NCBI GenBank assembly: GCA_963841435.1
Contig: CAWJCS010000002.1
Coordinates: 352,001 to 416,000 of the forward strand
Reading direction: 5' to 3'
Length of the DNA stretch: 64,000 nt
Source: an uncultured delta proteobacterium
GTDB lineage: Bacteria > Myxococcota_A > Polyangia > Polyangiales > Polyangiaceae
Below are positions 60,175-64,000 of the stretch, piece by piece. Below the pieces are notes generated by a model. It saw nothing but the letters and a program-made list of their open reading frames with translations, searched no databases and had not been told where the DNA came from. Both the position numbers and the translations under genes were made by a program. Within the stretch, counting starts at the first letter, position 1. Every line of letters starts with the position of its first letter.

Positions 60175-61833
60175 ATGCTAGACGATCAGCGAGTATCGAG
60201 GATCTTGGGCATGGAGCTTGCTACTCGTCGCGGCTCGCTCAGGCTCTGGTTTCGCCCCGGCGACGACCGCGCTTTCGTGGTCGGCAACTGTGCCGGCGCC
60301 GACCTGCGCCTGACGAGCGCCAGCGCCGGCGCGGTGGCGTTCCATCTGGAGCGACGAGGTGCGCGAGTCGAGCTCTTTCCCGGCGATGCCTCGCGCGAAA
60401 TCTACGTCGATGCCGGACGCGTGACCCGACCGGTGCTGCTCCGGCAGACCTCGGTCATCGACGTCGGCGAGGATCGAATCGTCGCCACGACTTTCGACGC
60501 GACCGAGCTCGCCCAGACCGTGACGTTTCCGCGCGCAGGTGCCGAGCGCGACCGCGTCACCGCGCCGCAACGCGAGAGCGACCCAACCCGACTCGGCCTG
60601 CCGGCCCCCGAGCTCGCCGGGCCCGTGACCGACGCGCTGCCCACCGTCGCCTATGCGCCGGGCCGAACGCGCGAGCCGGCGCCCTCGCCTGAGCCCCCGC
60701 GCTGGGAACGCACGGAGCCGCTGAACTTCGCCGAGCGCCCGGTCGTGCGGGAGCCGCTGGGACCGACGGGCACGCAGATCGTCAGCGCTGCGGAGCTCAA
60801 CCCACCCAGGGCTCCGGCGCCCGAGCCGCGACCCGACGCGGTCGAGCGAAGCGAAACGCCGGCGCCCCCGACTCCCGCGCCCGAAGCGGACCCGGACGGC
60901 GTCGCTCTCACTCGAAAGCGCGACGCTGCTTCCGAGCCGCCTGCGCCGAAGCAAGCGACGATCGCCGATGAGCCGGCGCAACGCAGCGCACCCTCGGCGG
61001 CCTCGCCGCCGGCTCACGTCGACAAGGCGCCGGAGCGGCGCCGCAAGGACATCGGCCGCGCCACCACGGCGCTCGATGTGCGAGCGCTCGCACCGCCGAT
61101 GGTTGAAAAGGCGCCCGCGCGGCCGGCGACACGGCGCCCGAGCCCAGCTGTCGAGCAGCCCACGCTCGTGTCCCCTCCGGCGCGGGGCGCCGGCTTTTTG
61201 GGCGCGTTAGGGCGCTTCGCGCGGGGGCTCGCCACAGCCGGCAAGCGCTCACCCGCGGAGAATCTGGCGGCGGTCGGACGCGTCGCACGAAAGCGACCGC
61301 TCGTCGTCTTCACGGTTTCGATCATGCTCGCGTGTGGTGGTGCGGTGGCTCTGACGGCGCTGTCGCGACTCGGACCGAGGAGCGCCCCTCGCACGCCGCA
61401 GCCGCCACTTCACTCGCAAGTCGCGCGCCCCGCCGGCGACGCGAGCGCCAGAGCTTCCGGCGCGCTACGCCCCGCGCCGCTCGGCGGCCCGCGCACCGCG
61501 ATCTCCGGGAGCGCACCACCCGCGGCGAGCGAAAGCCCCCCGCCCCCGACCAGCGCCGTCCCCGAGCTCTCGATCCGCGCACCGGCGCCCGCTGCCGAGC
61601 CTTTCGCATCGCCGGCGCCCGCCGGGGCCGATCCGGACGTCGCGGCCGCCATCGACGCGCTCGTCGCTGGTCGCGATGCCGAGGCCCGCCTCGCGTATGC
61701 ACGCCTCGCGTCGCGCCCGGGTGCAAACCCCGCCTACGCCGCGCTCGCCGCGCTGCTCACGCGTGCCGCGGGCGACGTGTGCCAGGGAGCCGCCGCCGAG
61801 GACCACCCGTTCTGCCCGGAGGTGAAGCGATGA
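60175..61833 (+). CDS. Degenerate FHA-like domain, Pro-rich linker, TM and short helical C-terminus
   Basis: FVVGNCAGADLRL...FHLER...IDVGEDRI; TM LVVFTVSIMLACGGAVALTAL. Confidence 0.65.
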   Translation: MLDDQRVSRILGMELATRRGSLRLWFRPGDDRAFVVGNCAGADLRLTSASAGAVAFHLERRGARVELFPGDASREIYVDAGRVTRPVLLRQTSVIDVGEDRIVATTFDATELAQTVTFPRAGAERDRVTAPQRESDPTRLGLPAPELAGPVTDALPTVAYAPGRTREPAPSPEPPRWERTEPLNFAERPVVREPLGPTGTQIVSAAELNPPRAPAPEPRPDAVERSETPAPPTPAPEADPDGVALTRKRDAASEPPAPKQATIADEPAQRSAPSAASPPAHVDKAPERRRKDIGRATTALDVRALAPPMVEKAPARPATRRPSPAVEQPTLVSPPARGAGFLGALGRFARGLATAGKRSPAENLAAVGRVARKRPLVVFTVSIMLACGGAVALTALSRLGPRSAPRTPQPPLHSQVARPAGDASARASGALRPAPLGGPRTAISGSAPPAASESPPPPTSAVPELSIRAPAPAAEPFASPAPAGADPDVAAAIDALVAGRDAEARLAYARLASRPGANPAYAALAALLTRAAGDVCQGAAAEDHPFCPEVKR

Positions 61834-62504
61834 GAATGCTGCGTGTGCTCGTGCTGGTTTTGGTCACGACCGCTTGCCACCGCGCGCCACCGCCCGAACG
61901 TCCGCGGTTCGCGGTTGCGGTTCGGCTCACCGTGGACGGCCACGAGCCCTTGCCGGGCGCGATCATCCTCAGGGACGAACAACCCTTCGGCGTCACGGAT
62001 GCGGAGGGTCGCGTGCTCTCGACGATTGGCGCCGTGGAAGGTCAGAACGTCAAGCTCAGGGCCCGCTGCCCCGCAGGGTTCGTCGATGGCAAGGTCGAAG
62101 CGTCCGTGCGGCTCGCGCTGACGAGGCGCGTCGAAAGCCGCGCTCCGGAAGCGCAGAAGGTGGAGCTCACCTGCAAGAAGCTCACCCGCGCCGCGGTGCT
62201 GGTCGTCCGTGCGCCGGGGGGTGGCACCCTACCGGTGCGAGTCAACGGACAGCCGGCCGTTACCACCGACGCGGCCGGCAACGCCCATGTGCTGATGGAA
62301 GTGCGCCGCGACCTTGGAGCCGTCGAGGTCGAGATCGACACGAGCGACAAGAAGCACCTCGTGCCCAGAACCCCGCGTCGGCTCTTTGCGCTCGACGGCA
62401 GGGACGCCGTGCTCGTGCTCGAGCAAAGCTTCTCCGTTCACAACCGACAGAAGGCGCCCGCCACGCCCGCTCCCCAGCGGCACGTCCCCACGAGAATCGA
62501 CTGA
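61830..62504 (+). CDS. Lipoprotein with carboxypeptidase-regulatory/PEGA-like beta domains
   Basis: ATGA-coupled; lipobox TTAC; EPLPGA...GVTDAEG and VRVNG...TTDAAGNA repeats. Confidence 0.7.
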   Translation: MRMLRVLVLVLVTTACHRAPPPERPRFAVAVRLTVDGHEPLPGAIILRDEQPFGVTDAEGRVLSTIGAVEGQNVKLRARCPAGFVDGKVEASVRLALTRRVESRAPEAQKVELTCKKLTRAAVLVVRAPGGGTLPVRVNGQPAVTTDAAGNAHVLMEVRRDLGAVEVEIDTSDKKHLVPRTPRRLFALDGRDAVLVLEQSFSVHNRQKAPATPAPQRHVPTRID

Positions 62505-62509
62505 GCCGC

Positions 62510-62833
62510 ATGACGGGCTCGGCCAACACCAAGAAAGCGGCTTGCCGGCAACCAACGGGGGACCCGGACTTCGATCCTCCGGCATCGGTAGAAACGTTGC
62601 TCGTTTCCGGAAACCTGATGCCCGACCTCGACGGGCGCGTGCTCGGCGCGCTCGTTCCGTGGGTCTCCGAGCTCACGCACGAGGAGCTCGGCTGGGTGCG
62701 TGCGGTGCTGCTCGCCCAGCTGACGATGGATCCGGAGCTGCGTGGTCTCGTGGCCCGCGTCGCCCGCGCTCGGGAAGCCGCGCCGAGCGACGCTCCGGGT
62801 GGCCCCCTCGCGCCGTCCGGGCGAAGGGAGTAA
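62510..62833 (+). CDS. Small hypothetical protein (QLxxDP paralogue 1)
   Basis: EELGWVRAVLLAQLTMDPELRGLVARV aligns with the next gene. Confidence 0.6.
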   Translation: MTGSANTKKAACRQPTGDPDFDPPASVETLLVSGNLMPDLDGRVLGALVPWVSELTHEELGWVRAVLLAQLTMDPELRGLVARVARAREAAPSDAPGGPLAPSGRRE

Positions 62834-62846
62834 GCTGGATGCCGTC

Positions 62847-63119
62847 ATGAGCGCTCAGGGAAGCTCGGGAGCTCTCGATCGAGCCGGGAACGGCGGCAGC
62901 GCCGCGCTCGAACGGCTACGCCGCGGCGAGATCACGCTGGACGCGTACCTCGATTTTCGTGCAGACGAGAGCGTCAAGGCGCTCTCAGGCTCCATCCCGG
63001 AGGAGCGGCTCGAGATGATCCGTCTTGCCATGCGCGAACAGCTCGCCACCGATCCGGTGCTGCTCGCGATGGTGGAGGCCGTGACCGGCGGCAAGCCCGA
63101 GGCGAATCCGGCGCGCTGA
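62847..63119 (+). CDS. Small hypothetical protein (QLxxDP paralogue 2)
   Basis: ALERLRRGEITLDAYLD...ERLEMIRLAMREQLATDPVLLAMVEAV. Confidence 0.7.
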   Translation: MSAQGSSGALDRAGNGGSAALERLRRGEITLDAYLDFRADESVKALSGSIPEERLEMIRLAMREQLATDPVLLAMVEAVTGGKPEANPAR

Positions 63120-63134
63120 AACGAGGGGGCTGGC

Positions 63135-63875
63135 TTGACTGACCGAGCGCCGACACCGCTGAGACCTCGCGCACCGGGTGTGGAGGACCCAGCGGAAGTG
63201 CTCGCCAGATTCCACGAGCACCTCGAGCTCGTGAACATCATCGCGGCGCAGGTGCGCCGGAGCGTCGGCCCGTCCGCCGATCGCGACGACCTCGTTGCCA
63301 ATGGGCGCGAAGGCTTGCTCGAAGCCGCGCGGCGCTACGACGCGACCCGGGGCGTCCCCTTCAAGCTCTACGCCAACTACCGGGTGCGCGGAGCCATGAT
63401 CGACGGCGTCCGGAAGTCCGCCGCGCTGCCGCGCCGCACCTACGAACGCCTCGTCGCGCTCCAGGCGTCGAGCGCGGTGAGCGAAGGTGAGCTCGAGCAT
63501 TCCGGCGTTGCGAAGTGGTTGCCGACGGACGTTGCCGAAGCCGAGGATCTCTTGGCCGAGCACCTTTCGGGCATGGCGGCGGCCGCTGCTCTCGCCACGC
63601 TGACGGGCCGCGGCTACGACGGCGACGCTCGCACCGAGCCCGGAGCGTCCGTTTCGCCCGAAGAAGAGCTGTCGCGCGCGGAGCTCATCGCCCGGGTGAA
63701 GCAAGCCGTCGAGGAGCTGTCGCCGGAGGCTGCGGCCGTCGTGAGGCGACACTATCTCGAAGGCGAGCGGCTCGAAGACATCGCGCGCGACTACGAGATG
63801 AGCAAATCGTGGGCGAGCCGCCTGCTCACGCGTACCACCGCTCGGCTCGCGAAACGCCTCGCGTCACTCGCCTAG
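63135..63875 (+). CDS. FliA/WhiG-like (sigma-28 group) RNA polymerase sigma factor
   Basis: DDLVANGREGLLEAARRYDATRGVPFKLYANYRVRGAMIDGVR; SPEEEL; region 4 LEDIARDYEMSKSWASRL. Confidence 0.88.
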   Translation: MTDRAPTPLRPRAPGVEDPAEVLARFHEHLELVNIIAAQVRRSVGPSADRDDLVANGREGLLEAARRYDATRGVPFKLYANYRVRGAMIDGVRKSAALPRRTYERLVALQASSAVSEGELEHSGVAKWLPTDVAEAEDLLAEHLSGMAAAAALATLTGRGYDGDARTEPGASVSPEEELSRAELIARVKQAVEELSPEAAAVVRRHYLEGERLEDIARDYEMSKSWASRLLTRTTARLAKRLASLA

Positions 63876-64000
63876 CGCCATCCAACGAGGAGCGAGTGGC
63901 TAGGGCTCTTGACCGGGCCTTGGCCGCAACCCGCTCGACATGGCCGTAACGAGCCAGACACCCATGGCTTCCGCCGCCGGGCCGTCGGCAGTGAGCTCCA

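Noticed and set aside
63135-63875. Evidence of flagellar motility
   Set aside because: Only a sigma-28-like gene is present; no flagellar structural genes in the window
63940-64000. Start of a further gene (MAVTSQTP...)
   Set aside because: Only 20 codons visible; cannot be identified
1-64000. tRNA, rRNA or known riboswitch
   Set aside because: No recognisable consensus found by eye; a covariance-model scan would be needed to exclude them

Overview
GC-rich DNA whose gene content (Gly-rich-linker lipoproteins, Cys-rich proteins, kinase/PEGA and ECF cassettes) points to a Polyangiaceae/Sorangium-like myxobacterium; that assignment is inference. 1-9.7 kb: Liv-type ABC transporter, porin, SGNH esterase, two MaoC dehydratases, SDR and a MarR regulator, with four copies of a TATCAGG-N3-CCTGATA operator. 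9.8-16 kb: hemicellulose-utilisation genes (feruloyl-esterase-like, GH5, XylR-like, GH62, CBM-like). 16.8-21.8 kb: large reprolysin-like protease flanked by two paralogous 14-Cys lipoproteins. 21.8-38.4 kb: PAP2, sulfatase-like, ECF sigma/anti-sigma cassette, kinase-PEGA pair, Cys-rich surface protein, GT41-like transferase and a polytopic membrane protein. 38.8-45.2 kb: a ~2000-aa lipoprotein teneurin-like Rhs protein with a C-terminal HEXXH domain and a candidate immunity gene. It sits head-to-head with a Tad/Flp pilus locus (45.3-63.9 kb) that has five pilins, two CpaF ATPases, FHA-like proteins, an inserted RAYT-like transposase with palindromic repeats, two small paralogues and a FliA/WhiG-like sigma factor. 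Seven genes carry net +1 frameshifts that are probably sequencing errors. No rRNA, tRNA or CRISPR array was seen. All family calls come from motif recognition; no searches were run.
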